Below, piece by piece: positions 35,679 through 48,386 of a DNA stretch of 58,778 bases; the stretch's first letter is position 1; each line of letters starts with the position of its first letter. Where the stretch lies: contig NC_068987.1 in assembly GCF_001194135.2 (NCBI RefSeq), positions 89,898,252 through 89,957,029 on the forward strand, given 5' to 3'. This DNA comes from Octopus bimaculoides (taxonomy: Eukaryota). Below the pieces are notes generated by a model. The model was given only the letters and a program-made list of their open reading frames with translations. It made no database searches and had not been told where the DNA came from. Made by a program: the position numbers and the translations under genes.

Positions 35679-37294
35679 CTTTTCCCATAAAATATTTATT
35701 TCTCATGCTATGGATTCCAGAAGTTTTGTTGTACCGTTTCTACCTCCTGGGAGATCATCTTTTGTTTCTAGTCAAGACTTTGCTTGCTCGGCCTTTTTTA
35801 CACCTTAACTACAATTATTATATCAATTGATAGATAAAAATAGTGCTGACGTGAACTCTAAGAAAAAGCTATGTAGTTCACCTAGATGATAAAGTTCAGC
35901 GGCCACACCTGACCATCTTTGAAAAAGAAACGACACATTAGATGAAGTAATCCAAGATTAGTGGTAACGAACCTTTTTAGTTAAGTGCGTCAGAAGTGTC
36001 ACCTGTGTACAGGTATTTTAGTTTTAGGTAAATGCCAATGTTTTGTTCAGGGAGTTTTTTTTTTCTTCAAAGTCCTACTCATGAAACACGTCATAGGTTC
36101 ACCACCATTATCTTACAGTAATATATTCGAAAAAAATACATCGTGCTCACAGGTGGATGACCTTTGGTTATAGGTCAACTTGATCAGGACAGAACCTGGG
36201 CCCACACAACATTGAATTCAGTGCCATCAGTTACTAAAACGCTGCTGCTTCTGTTGCTTACAGCATAATAGGTACCACAGAGTAGGAAAACTTACAAGAT
36301 TCTGCTTTGTGGAACCTGCTTGCAGCTAAGTAAACTGTGACTGTGTGAGTTTAGAATTTGGGCCAACGCTAACGAAACGAGATCCGTAATCGATCTATTC
36401 AGCTATTGATATCCTCCAGTAATAAATTAGTTATACTTAACTTACTGAAAGTTCCGGAACATGAAAAATGAAAAAATAAATTTATGCAGTTGTGATTGAC
36501 CGAGCTATCCCTTTAAAAAATTACAGCCAGAAATTAAAACCGGATCATTCATCTCATTTGGCAGTTTAATTCTATTTGCGATCGATTACAATATTGGTTT
36601 GCTTTTAACTGGATAAAAAGTCACATATTTTCAAGGCAAACTGAGTGTGATGATATATATCCTTTTCCGGAAAAAAGACCCGCGATTTTGAAGAGGGAAA
36701 TGTTTGTCGAGTAGATCGAACCTATACTCAACTAATATTCATTTTATTGACTCCGAAAGGATGAAAGGGAAAATGGATTCGGCAGAATTTAAACCCAAAC
36801 CTAGAGAGCCGGAAGAAATACCGCTATGCTTTTAGTCTGCCGTGATAACGATCCTGCCAGCTCGCTGCTTCGGACACCTACTGACAACCGAAACCTTTCG
36901 CGGATACAGAACACCCGAAAACAACTAAAGATTTCTATTTTATCGCTCAGTTCAAAAGAAACGATATTGATTATGGCCTTTTTCAGTTCTCCTAAGACTG
37001 TTGAGAGGGAGAGATGAAATTACCCTCACACCAGATAAACAAGATCCGAATCCTCGCAACAGAATGAACTCCGCTAACGGCAGACAAATGTCACATAGTG
37101 ATGCTAATCAGGTGACAGTGGGGAAGGATTTGAACTTGGAACAGGAAAAGCTTGAACAATTTATGCTAAATATCCCATCCAACGTTCAGCCAATCCACGG
37201 CGAGATCTGAACTCAGAATCAATATTACAAGGTATTTCACTCAACACTGAAACGACTCTGCTATTTCGCCATCCTCTACTTTAAATTGGTTATA

Positions 37295-37421
37295 CAGGGT
37301 GTCTACAAAATCTGGGTACATGGGGATTAACACATACTTTAAGAAATTATTATTTCTTATAGTTAATTGTTTATGTTATGATTTTATTTACTCCATGTAT
37401 CCAGTCTTTGTGGACACCCTG
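37295..37421. mobile_element. Tc1/mariner-type MITE (127 bp) with TA TSD
   Basis: TA cagggtgtctacaaaatctgggtacatgg ... ccatgtatccagtctttgtggacaccctg TA. Confidence 0.85.
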
Positions 37422-40153
37422 TAGTTTTGACTTGAATCATAAAAAGACAAGGATAATGAAGCAGAGGAACCAGTAGATCACCGAAGAAAACACTTTGTGC
37501 TATTTAGATGCGTCCTTTTTACTTCTAAATTCAAATTCTTCCGTAGTCAACTTTGTCTTTTCTCTTTCCGGAATCGATAAAATAAATTCTGGTTAAATAC
37601 TAGTTGAACGCTAGTCAAATACTGGCGAAATGTTAATCGACTACCTCGAATCCCTCGGTAACGTGTGATATTGCACCAGTCTAAGTTAATACAAGCCAAA
37701 GAAGGGAACATTTACGGGGTCACTCGACCAACTAGAAACTGCAGTAAAATCTTCCTCAAATCGGTTGAGACGTTTTGACTCAGCTGTTTTAGCGTTGCTG
37801 ATTCGACGCTGACTTATTTGACATCAACCATTTTAATCATTCCTTCATCTTTATCCTTTCTTTCATCTTAGTGTTTCTCTCGTTCTCTCGCTTCCTGTTT
37901 ATGTGTGTGAGCATGGAGCTATGTTTGTATGTATGTGAAATGTCTCTCTTTTCCCCTTCCTCTCATTCTCTGTGTGTGTATATTTCTGCAAGCACGTGCG
38001 CGGGTATGTGGGCGTTTTTTGTTTCCTTCAAGTGCCGAAAAATACCGTCGCCAAAACAAATTGAAGGAGGTCCAGTTAGCCATGCTAAATCCTCAACACC
38101 CAAACAACCACACTTAATCGTCTCAATATTCTCAAATCATTTTACTGCCATAAAAAGGCAAAGATACATTGAATAATGTAGGGATCTCGTGAAAATTCTT
38201 CTAACCACTCCAAATTTTCCTAATTTTCACTAGATTTCAAAAATGCAGTTCTGCTGTAGTTTTGCAAGCAAATAATGAAAATCGCATATTTTTGTCTAGA
38301 AATCAAGATTTAAAATTATGTAACTTTAGCAAATCGAAAGCTTTTATTGCTTACATAGCGCGTGGGCAGATCTACGTTGCTAAGGAGACAAAACCTTTAC
38401 GGGATCGCTCGACTTTCTAAAATAGTAGCCAAATCTTCCTCAAATTTTACCATAACGTCTTTCCATTTGTCGATTGTAATTAATAACGTTTAAAGTCAGT
38501 CTCTATGGATGTAGCCATTTATCGAATCCACGACAACCAATTCTTTCTTTGCCATCGCACTTTATTTACAATTTTTCATAAGAAAAGAAAATGTACATTA
38601 AATATCGATCGGTGGCGCCAAGTTAATGTTTCAATCGTCCTGAGTTCGATAAAAGATCCCATCCACGGCGATTGGCTTTAATTGAAATGTTATTAAAAAC
38701 ACTCAACAAATGGAAAGTGCTTAGGCCTACGTAGCACAATGTGTCGTGTTTTTTGTTGTTTTGTCTTTTTTGTTAGACGATATGGTGTAGTTTATGAAAG
38801 ATTTAGTGGCTATTTCTTGTAAGTCGAGAGATCACGTAAAGGTTTCGTCTCCACAGCAACGGAGATCAGCACACACGATATGTCAGCAATGGAAGCTTTC
38901 GATTGACTAAAATTACAGAACTTTATATGCTTGTGGAAATTGTTATAAAAAAGAAAAGATAATCATGATGGGGGTCGTTCATGGCTGTGTGGTCGATGAA
39001 GTTGGCTTTGCAACCACCTAGTTTCGCGATCAGATGAAAATATTTATAGCTAGTTATTGATCAACTTAATGGACATCACTCTCATCACATGGTTAAGAAC
39101 GAACGTGGTTCACGTAACACAATTACTGACAGTTTTGTTTCTTATATTTCCCTTGTTCCTCCATCTTTGGATTAGCGTTTGTGAGTTACGTTTTTATATA
39201 ATACGGGGTGTGTTTGCTTTGAGATATTTTAATTGAACATTCTTCTTCGATGTCTTTGCTTCTTATATACTCTTGCAATCTCATGGGTTTCAAATTTGAA
39301 TTTCCCATTATAAATTTGCAAAACATCGCAGTGCCCAGTCAAGACCATTAAGATTGTCTCTTTTTAGTCGCAGAACCAGACTCATCATATTTGTCATTCC
39401 CTTTTCTGATGTTGATGGTTTTCATTGGAGGTTAACTCATATTGTTTTAGTCAATAATAGCCACAGGCGCCATCAGACCAAAATATAACTTCTAACAACA
39501 TCCGTAATGGAAAACGAACGAATATCGTCCGTGGATATTATTGATAGAGAGAGAATGATAAGAAGCAACGGTTTTATTGTAATATAAAGGGTGAAAATAA
39601 GACACAAGTGAAAGAAGAGACACTGCACAATAAGGTTGTGTGAGTATGGGTAGTGTATGGCGATGGGTTGGGGTAAAGGAGATATAAATACAAACAAGGA
39701 CTGAAGTAGTGTAAGTGAGGTAGTATGAGCGATGGAAATAAAGCAGATGAAAGAACAGACACCATGGAATCAGGCTAAATAAGTACAAATTGTGTATGAC
39801 CATGGTATAAGGTAAGGAAGATACAGATTGAAACAGGGTGAGGGTTGAGAAACAGTGATGGTTATAGCATCATATTAGGGGAGAGAGAAAGAGGTAGAAA
39901 AGTGAATAGAAGGATTGCAGTGTGTGAGAGAAGCACGAACTCAATAGCGTAGAGTATGCGCCATCTGGGACAAGGCTTGCAGACCCGCTCATCTCCGTTA
40001 GGCTCCCAAGTTTATACAGGTTTACACTGCAGATCCAAAAGTGCCACCCTATAAGAGTGTCGCTCAGAGTGAACCGTTCCCCTAGTTGGTTTTTTCTTCA
40101 ACATTCTAACCTTCTGTATAAATTTTAGTTTTATTATTATTATATTATTACTA

Positions 40154-40590
40154 TTGAGCGAGAGAGCAGTGCGTGCCATCAAAGTGACGCTGCGGTACAA
40201 ATATACGAAGCCCAATATATCCACCGTGACTATCCGTCTGATAAAGGCGCATACATCACAACGATATGTAAGCGATACGGTGACCTCGTATTAAGATAAA
40301 CAGTACATGTAGGACACTGAATTTTCTTCAGGTCGAGTAACCATCTCACTCAATAAGTCCCTGAATAAGGGTTATTTAAGGATGATGAATGAAATACCCA
40401 CGTTTCCAGGTGTGAATTATTCAAGCCTCAAACAATTCCCTCTCAGTACATGACTACGATGCACCCCCACTACCCCTGCTCGTGATCAGAGATGCACATA
40501 TCCACGAAGGGACATGCTCAACTGGTTAAGTAAACTCGGAAGCCAATCTGTGTTGTTGAGCAGAATATTTGCTGTAGCCTATCTTTGACA
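40154..40590 (-). mobile_element. Repeat family E
   Basis: Follows a (tta)n-like tract; alignable with 14176-14622. Confidence 0.7.
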
Positions 40591-41204
40591 CCATATACAT
40601 ATGTTGACGATTCCGATCAGTTAAGATCTGAAGCCATGGGAGCCATTGCCTAGTATTGCGTCAGGGTGTTTGTAGTTTGTTTTTTTTTCTCTAGTTATGG
40701 AAAAGAATCTTTACACTCACAAAGGGTATCTAGTTAAAAGCTGCAGACCGAGAAACACTGTCCTGGATATACGAAAACAGAATGGTCCCTACTACAATAT
40801 CTTTATTCATTGGTTTACCGGATCAAGACTGACCTGGTGTTAAAAAAAGAAAAAAAAACAATGTCCTACATTAGTTGCGTTTCGTTTATGTTAAAGTTGG
40901 AAGCTAACATTAAAAATATTTACAGACACAAATCTCTAAATTATTCATCTATATTTCATTGTACGGATTATAAAGTTAGCTGGCAACGTATTAAATAACC
41001 TCTCGCTTATCAGCGTCCATTTTTAACATTGTTGACTAAAGTTGTCATAACAACCATAACATAAGCACACACACACACACACACATTATGCTCGCATACG
41101 CACGCATATGCATGATACATATACCTAAGTACACACCAACCGGAAGTTAGCAAAACGACGAATCTCTGATGAACTGTATGTAAAATATAAATGATACATA
41201 AAAC

Positions 41205-41235
<31 letters not shown>

Positions 41236-41733
41236 ATGTGTGTGTGTGTGTGTGTGTGTTTTGTGTATGTGTATGAATATATATGTGTATATATATAATT
41301 CATTATCTCTCGCCTATTGGTGTTCGTTAACGGGCACTGATAACAAATTGGAAATTAGATAAATTACACTCACGCACTCAAACACGGGACCACCAAATGC
41401 GTACGAATAAATAACAAAGCATTGGTTCTCTACTAGCAACGCCACAACTGTAATCACCACCACCACCACCATCTCTGCCATCACCACCATCTTACCCGCT
41501 ATCACCTTCATCATAATCATCACTACCACCGCCATCTGTATCGTTACTAACACGCTCTACTTGACTACCACCGCCATTTCACTATCTCTGGAAATTTTTA
41601 TTTCTTATTTCGTTTACATAACAGGTACGGATTTACGAGCAATGTGATGTTGTGCAAAATAAATCTATTAGTGAGACAATGTTCTCTCATAAACTAAAAA
41701 CGTCCTACATTTAATTCCAAACACGCTATATAA

Positions 41734-41791
<58 letters not shown>

Positions 41792-43449
41792 CCGCTTGCT
41801 CTCGCTCACCCTCTCTCCCTCCCTCTCTCCACATATACGTACAGATATGTGTATGTGTGTATATCTTCGAAACGCCTAGTTTTAGAATAGAGGCAGCTGA
41901 TGAAGGAATAATTCTATAAGTGGCTTGTTTGTTTTCCTATGTGTTTGTTCTGTTTGTAAACAAAGTCCGTTTTGTTTTTATGACCCCGTTCATTTTTCTA
42001 ACGTCCTGTACCCGGATATGCATCTATATATACATGTAGATGTAGGCATACATACATATGCTTATATATCATTTGTTTTATTATATCATAGAACGCACGC
42101 GTCCATTTGCAAGTAAGTTTCAACTATATATATATNNNNNNNNNNNNNNNNNNNNNNNNNNNNNNNNNNNNNNNNNNNNNNNNNNNNNNNNNNNNNNNNN
42201 NNNNNNNNNNNNNNNNNNNNNNNNNNNNNNNNNNNNNNNNNNNNNNNNNNNNNNNNNNNNNNNNNNNNNNNNNNNNNNNNNNNNNNNNNNNNNNNNNNNN
42301 NNNNNNNNNNNNNNNNNNNNNNNNNNNNNNNNNNNNNNNNNNNNNNNNNNNNNNNNNNNNNNNNNNNNNNNNNNNNNNNNNNNNNNNNNNNNNNNNNNNN
42401 NNNNNNNNNNNNNNNNNNNNNNNNNNNNNNNNNNNNNNNNNNNNNNNNNNNNNNNNNNNNNNNNNNNNNNNNNNNNNNNNNNNNNNNNNNNNNNNNNNNN
42501 NNNNNNNNNNNNNNNNNNNNNNNNNNNNNNNNNNNNNNNNNNNNNNNNNNNNNNNNNNNNNNNNNNNNNNNNNNNNNNNNNNNNNNNNNNNNNNNNNNNN
42601 NNNNNNNNNNNNNNNNNNNNNNNNNNNNNNNNNNNNNNNNNNNNNNNNNNNNNNNNNNNNNNNNNNNNNNNNNNNNNNNNNNNNNNNNNNNNNNNNNNNN
42701 NNNNNNNNNNNNNNNNNNNNNNNNNNNNNNNNNNNNNNNNNNNNNNNNNNNNNNNNNNNNNNNNNNNNNNNNNNNNNNNNNNNNNNNNNNNNNNNNNNNN
42801 NNNNNNNNNNNNNNNNNNNNNNNNNNNNNNNNNNNNNNNNNNNNNNNNNNNNNNNNNNNNNNNNNNNNNNNNNNNNNNNNNNNNNNNNNNNNNNNNNNNN
42901 NNNNNNNNNNNNNNNNNNNNNNNNNNNNNNNNNNNNNNNNNNNNNNNNNNNNNNNNNNNNNNNNNNNNNNNNNNNNNNNNNNNNNNNNNNNNNNNNNNNN
43001 NNNNNNNNNNNNNNNNNNNNNNNNNNNNNNNNGCTGCTGTCGTGTGGTACACGGAACAGTTCTCAAAGAGAAACTGGACCGAGACAAATTATTGGGTATG
43101 AGTTAAAGCTATTTATAACAAACTATGGGCTCCCGAAGGCTTCAGAATTTTACTCTATCACGTGACCTTATTAGGGGCCGTGATTGCTCAATTTGCGTTC
43201 TGGCGGGAACGGTTCGAAGAAGTTGCCGATTCGAATAATGATCAGTCACGTGATGGACAAGGAATGGGTTCTCTACTACGCTCGCATTTATTTATATTTA
43301 AATGAGAAGATTGTATGTAATGGCGATAGTAGTTTGTATCTAATGGCGGGAGGTAGTTTCACTACACATATATATATATATATATACATACACACGGCAA
43401 ATAAGTGAAGAGGATACAAAAATGACATACATCACCCTATAAACGTTGT

Positions 43450-43683
43450 AGTATGTCTATTTATTCCAAAGTATAAGAAAGTATGAGAATATTATGTACA
43501 CATGTAATAAGTATGTGTTACACAAGCGTGTACTAATATTACAGAAAAGAGCAAAAGATTAGTCGTACCCACTGACAATCTGATCTTTTGCTCTTTTCTG
43601 CTCTTTTCCGTAATATTAGTACATGTTATTACATGTGTATATATTCTAATACCTTCTTATACTTTGGAATAAATAGACATACT
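43450..43683. repeat. Fold-back palindrome (~100-bp arms)
   Basis: agtatgtctatttattccaaagtataagaa / ttcttatactttggaataaatagacatact; centre ~43567. Confidence 0.85.
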
Positions 43684-43904
43684 AGAATGTCTACTGGCTG
43701 ATGTATATCGTTTTCGTATCCTCTCCATTTTCTTATTTGCCGTATAAATCAAGGCTAAACCACTTTTTACCCCCCGCCCATAGATGACACTCAATTGCGA
43801 GATTGCCACGCAATAATCAGCACTTGGGTATGAATAATTGGGCACACTACCAGCAGTAAATAATGTAAATAATTCCTCATCTCTTAAATATAGAACTGTA
43901 TTAA

Positions 43905-44275
43905 CTTCAAGGTTCATCCAAGGCTGGGACCATGGGCCATACGTCCCCTGCCCAGTTCAGGATCACAACATATAGGTACACTGCGACACAATTTCTTTTC
44001 CTCAACAGGCCCTGCTCTGTTTAACATTGTCCCAAAACTGATCAAAGAGGAAAAGGATCCCATCACCTTCAAACGGAATCTGGACAAATTTCTTCAAGGA
44101 ATACCAGATAAGCCACCTATACCTGGATACAACTCATTCGACAATAACTCCCTACTCGAATGGACCATAATACCACAAAACTTGACTTAAAAAGGATTTA
44201 AATAATCCTATCATGTGGTGCTATTGAGTTAGACATGGCCTGGACCAATCTTTGGTCGAAGCATATCTAAGTTTT
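43905..44275 (+). mobile_element. CR1-clade LINE 3' end
   Basis: TLRHNFFSSTGPALFNIVPKLIKEEKDPITFKRNLDKFLQGIPDKPPIPGY...NSLLEW. Confidence 0.75.
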
Positions 44276-44706
44276 ATGTTACAAATTTCTTCTTTCAAAA
44301 TTAACTAAATTTTCCATGAAAATTTTAGAGTAATTTATGTTCCAGATACCAGCTTAATAATGAAAATGTTATTTTATTAAATTCTTCATTATTTTCAAAA
44401 TTCATTGAAACAGAACCAAATATTTCAACAAAAATATGGTAACAAAAGGGTTAACGTTCCACTTCTATAACCAAGCTGTGTTAAACCGTTTTGTCAAAGC
44501 AAGGAGAGGCGAAATTGTAATGGAAAAGTTTCACAATAATATCAAACTTAAGAAATAACCAAAAATCGATGTTCTGAATGCATTTAATACAATTGTTTCT
44601 GGTAGATATGTAAGATGACTCTTATTATTTTTTCTCTTTTTAAGTCAAATATTTCAAAATATATTTTGTGTTCAAAATATCAACATCTTATTTTGTCATT
44701 ATTCTT

Positions 44707-44744
<38 letters not shown>

Positions 44745-46035
44745 ATTTACACACACACACACACACACTCATTTACACACACACGCACTGTATGATCTTG
44801 TGCAAGACATTAAAGTGCACCCGATGATGACACTCCAGCTCGGGAATTCAAGATCATAGCAGAATATGGTGTTACCCCTTGGTCATCATTATTCTCAGGT
44901 GAGTGCTATCTCGAGATAGTGTCACCTGTTAAGGGCTCCAGTTAGGGGTGGGTCAAATAGATGATTTCGTACAGAACAACCGTAAAGGTATATCCTCGAA
45001 GAAGAACAGACCAGCCGATGTGTGAAAATGCTTTGATATGGCATGAGCCAAGTCTCTTACAGAAATTCTCCTGCCTAAATAGGTTCTGTGTCTATTTTAC
45101 TTCTAGGCAGGAGATTTTTGGTGTAACCTCGGGAGAGTAGAAGACTTGCAGAGTAAACTTTAATGAAACCAGCAGACGGTAACCTGAACCACTGCCGTAT
45201 CTTTCCTAAGAAAAGTCACGTGTTTTGAAGCTTCATGTGAAATAATGATATAAATGGCGCTTTTAGAGGGCGAGACCTGTCCCATAGGAGACCCTGTGAG
45301 TCACAAATAACGTCTAACCATCATCAATAAAAAACGAATCGGTGAAAATTGAGGTAAAGCAGCATCATAATTAGTACCAAGAACTTGTGTACAACGTATC
45401 TGAAAGGAAAACCGGACACTTTCAAAGCCGAGACCCTACATTTCGAAGCATTGTTTGCGTGTATATGCACATTCAGATCTATTTCTGACTCGTATAACTT
45501 AACTAACTGGGATCCAGATATAAAAGAGTAAAAACTCCTTTATTATCAAATTGGGTGAACTCAGCAAAAGACATATTTCTAATATTACAAATCCGCGATG
45601 TCCTCGAGGTGTTGCTGTTCCAGTAAATTTCTATTCCCCGAACAATAAATATTAAAATCACTATGTATTTTTGTTATTGGTTAGCGCTAAATTATATCTA
45701 GAGTTTGTTCTGTCCATGAAATTGGCTTTATGCTTTTCCAGTGTTATGAATACTTCACGTTTAACTAAATACTTAATTCTCTTATCAATATTGATATTAT
45801 TTCCGATGACCTTGGATTCTTCATTTATAGATTTATGTCCTTTCTATACTTTTATGGTACTTTCTCTTTAGGCTATTAAGCTGGGTGGATTTATTATTAT
45901 TTACTTCATACAAGTTGATAGTCTAATCAGAAAATAAATACGTTTTCAGAAGACATAGATACTCACCCACCCTCTTTCTCTCTCTCTCCCTCTCTCTCAC
46001 ACATACACACATATATACATATGTATGTGTGCATT

Positions 46036-46094
<59 letters not shown>

Positions 46095-46589
46095 ATGTAT
46101 ATTTGTAATTATGTGTATATTTGAACGAGTTTACATATGTGTATATATATGTGTACATGTTCGTGTGTATGTGTGTGTTGATGCTTCTTATGAGTGGCAA
46201 AAGTAGTATTAGTTCAAAGTAGCAAACTGTGCATCATAATTAAAGCAAGTGCAACGCTTAAAGCCTGATAAATTGCTGTATTCGTCACAAGATCGCATCT
46301 TTGATAGACATATAGAGTGCACGTCTTCCTCTTTGGGCTTCGTCAGTGGAAATTATCCACTGGCAATTGCATACGAAGTCAATTGATATAATAATCACTG
46401 GTAGAAAAATCACTGGTGCCGTAATTAGCCGTCAGGTTAATAAGTATAGGCATTTCTATCTATCTGGTGATTTAATTCCCTGCCCCTGCCTCCCGGCCTC
46501 TGTGTATATATGTATATTACTCTTACATGTATATGTACAGATATGGATATGTATGAGTATGTATACTTTCGGATATGTGTGTGCGTGTA

Positions 46590-46748
46590 GACGTGGCTGT
46601 GTGGTAAGAAACTTGCTTCTCAACCACATGGTTCCGGATTCAGTCCCACTGCGTGGCACCTTGGGTAAGTGTCTTATACTATAGCCTCGGGCCAACCAAA
46701 GCCTTGTGAGTGGATTTGGTAGTCGGAAACTGAAAGAAACTCGTTCGA
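46590..46748 (+). mobile_element. SINE family C
   Basis: gtggctgtgtggtaagaa...ggttccggattcagtcccactgcgtggcaccttgggtaagtgtctt. Confidence 0.85.
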
Positions 46749-47357
46749 TATATTTATACGTGTGCCTTTGTCTCTCTGTTTCCCCCCCCCCCNNNNNNNN
46801 NNNNNNNNNNNNNNNNNNNNNNNNNNNNNNNNNNNNNNNNNNNNNNNNNNNNNNNNNNNNNNNNNNNNNNNNNNNNNNNNNNNNNNNNNNNNNNNNNNNN
46901 NNNNNNNNNNNNNNNNNNNNNNNNNNNNNNNNNNNNNNNNNNNNNNNNNNNNNNNNNNNNNNNNNNNNNNNNNNNNNNNNNNNNNNNNNNNNNNNNNNNN
47001 NNNNNNNNNNNNNNNNNNNNNNNNNNNNNNNNNNNNNNNNNNNNNNNNNNNNNNNNNNNNNNNNNNNNNNNNNNNNNNNNNNNNNNNNNNNNNNNNNNNN
47101 NNNNNNNNNNNNNNNNNNNNNNNNNNNNNNNNNNNNNNNNNNNNNNNNNNNNNNNNNNNNNNNNNNNNNNNNNNNNNNNNNNNNNNNNNNNNNNNNNNNN
47201 NNNNNNNNNNNNNNNNNNNNNNNNNNNNNNNNNNNNNNNNNNNNNNNNNNNNNNNNNNNNNNNNNNNNNNNNNNNNNNNNNNNNNNNNNNNNNNNNNNNN
47301 NNNNNNNNNNNNNNNNNNNNNNNNNNNNNNNNNNNNNNNNNNNNNNNNNNNNNNNNN

Positions 47358-47392
<35 letters not shown>

Positions 47393-47424
47393 CACACACA
47401 CACATATATACACACACACATATG

Positions 47425-47467
<43 letters not shown>

Positions 47468-47972
47468 AAAATTGGTTTATAAGGATGTGATATGCATTTG
47501 AAGATGCCGGTGGATGTGAGTGTGCTTAGGCATGTATGTATACAAGTGTATAGTTTCTCGCATATATGTATCTAAGGGTGTATGTCTTTATCGGTTCATC
47601 TGAGCGTAAAGACCCGTGGCCGAGTGGTTAGGATGCTGCACTCACAATTTGCAAGGTCGTGGGCTCGCTTCCTGGACCGAACCGTGTTGTGTTCATGAGC
47701 AAAGTATTTCGTTTCAGGTTGCTTTAGTGTTCTGTGAAGACCGGCATGCCAAGGAACAGATCCAACATTTCCTGTGCGTTTCATAAAAGGCGACTGAAAG
47801 AGGTCGAGGTAGGATTTGCACTCCGACCTCATAAAACCCTCAGCAGCAACGGCTGCCCAAACACACCAAAATTTTAGAGGGTCGTCGACTAAGTGGTGTA
47901 AAAGTGTTATCCACCAGAAGTAGGGAATCACCAACAAACGCTGGAAGCAGCGACATACTGTTACAGCGCATG

Positions 47973-48012
<40 letters not shown>

Positions 48013-48014
48013 TT

Positions 48015-48341
48015 ACAAAAGGAGCACTCCGTCGGTTACGACAACGAGGGTTCCAGCTGATACGATCAACGGAACAGCTTGCTCGTGAAATTAACGTGCA
48101 AGTGGCTGAGCACTCCACAGACAGGTGTACCCTTAACAAGTTCTCAGGGAGATTCAGCGTGACACAGTGTGACAAGGCTGGCCGTTTGAAATACAGGTAC
48201 TATTCATTTTTGCCAGCTGAGTGGACTGGAGCAACGTGAAATAAAGTGTCTTGCTCAAGGACACAACGCATCGCCGGGAATCGAACTCACGACCTTACGA
48301 TCATGAGCCGAATGCCGTAACCACTAAGCCACGCGCCTTCA

Positions 48342-48342
<1 letters not shown>
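48015..48342 (-). mobile_element. Composite SINE: family G-like head with family B 3' half
   Basis: 48015-48195 matches the B tail; 48200-48342 matches the G head/CORE; (TAC)n on both sides. Confidence 0.75.

Positions 48343-48386
<44 letters not shown>

Noticed and set aside
36968-37210. ~80-codon open frame after a tttttcag acceptor
   Set aside because: No recognisable homology, no partner exon, and the 3' end runs into SINE-like sequence.
41868-41915. cgaaac...ctgatgaagg and the 46310-46345 (-) ctgacgaagcc motif as hammerheads
   Set aside because: Stems I and III could not be drawn convincingly.
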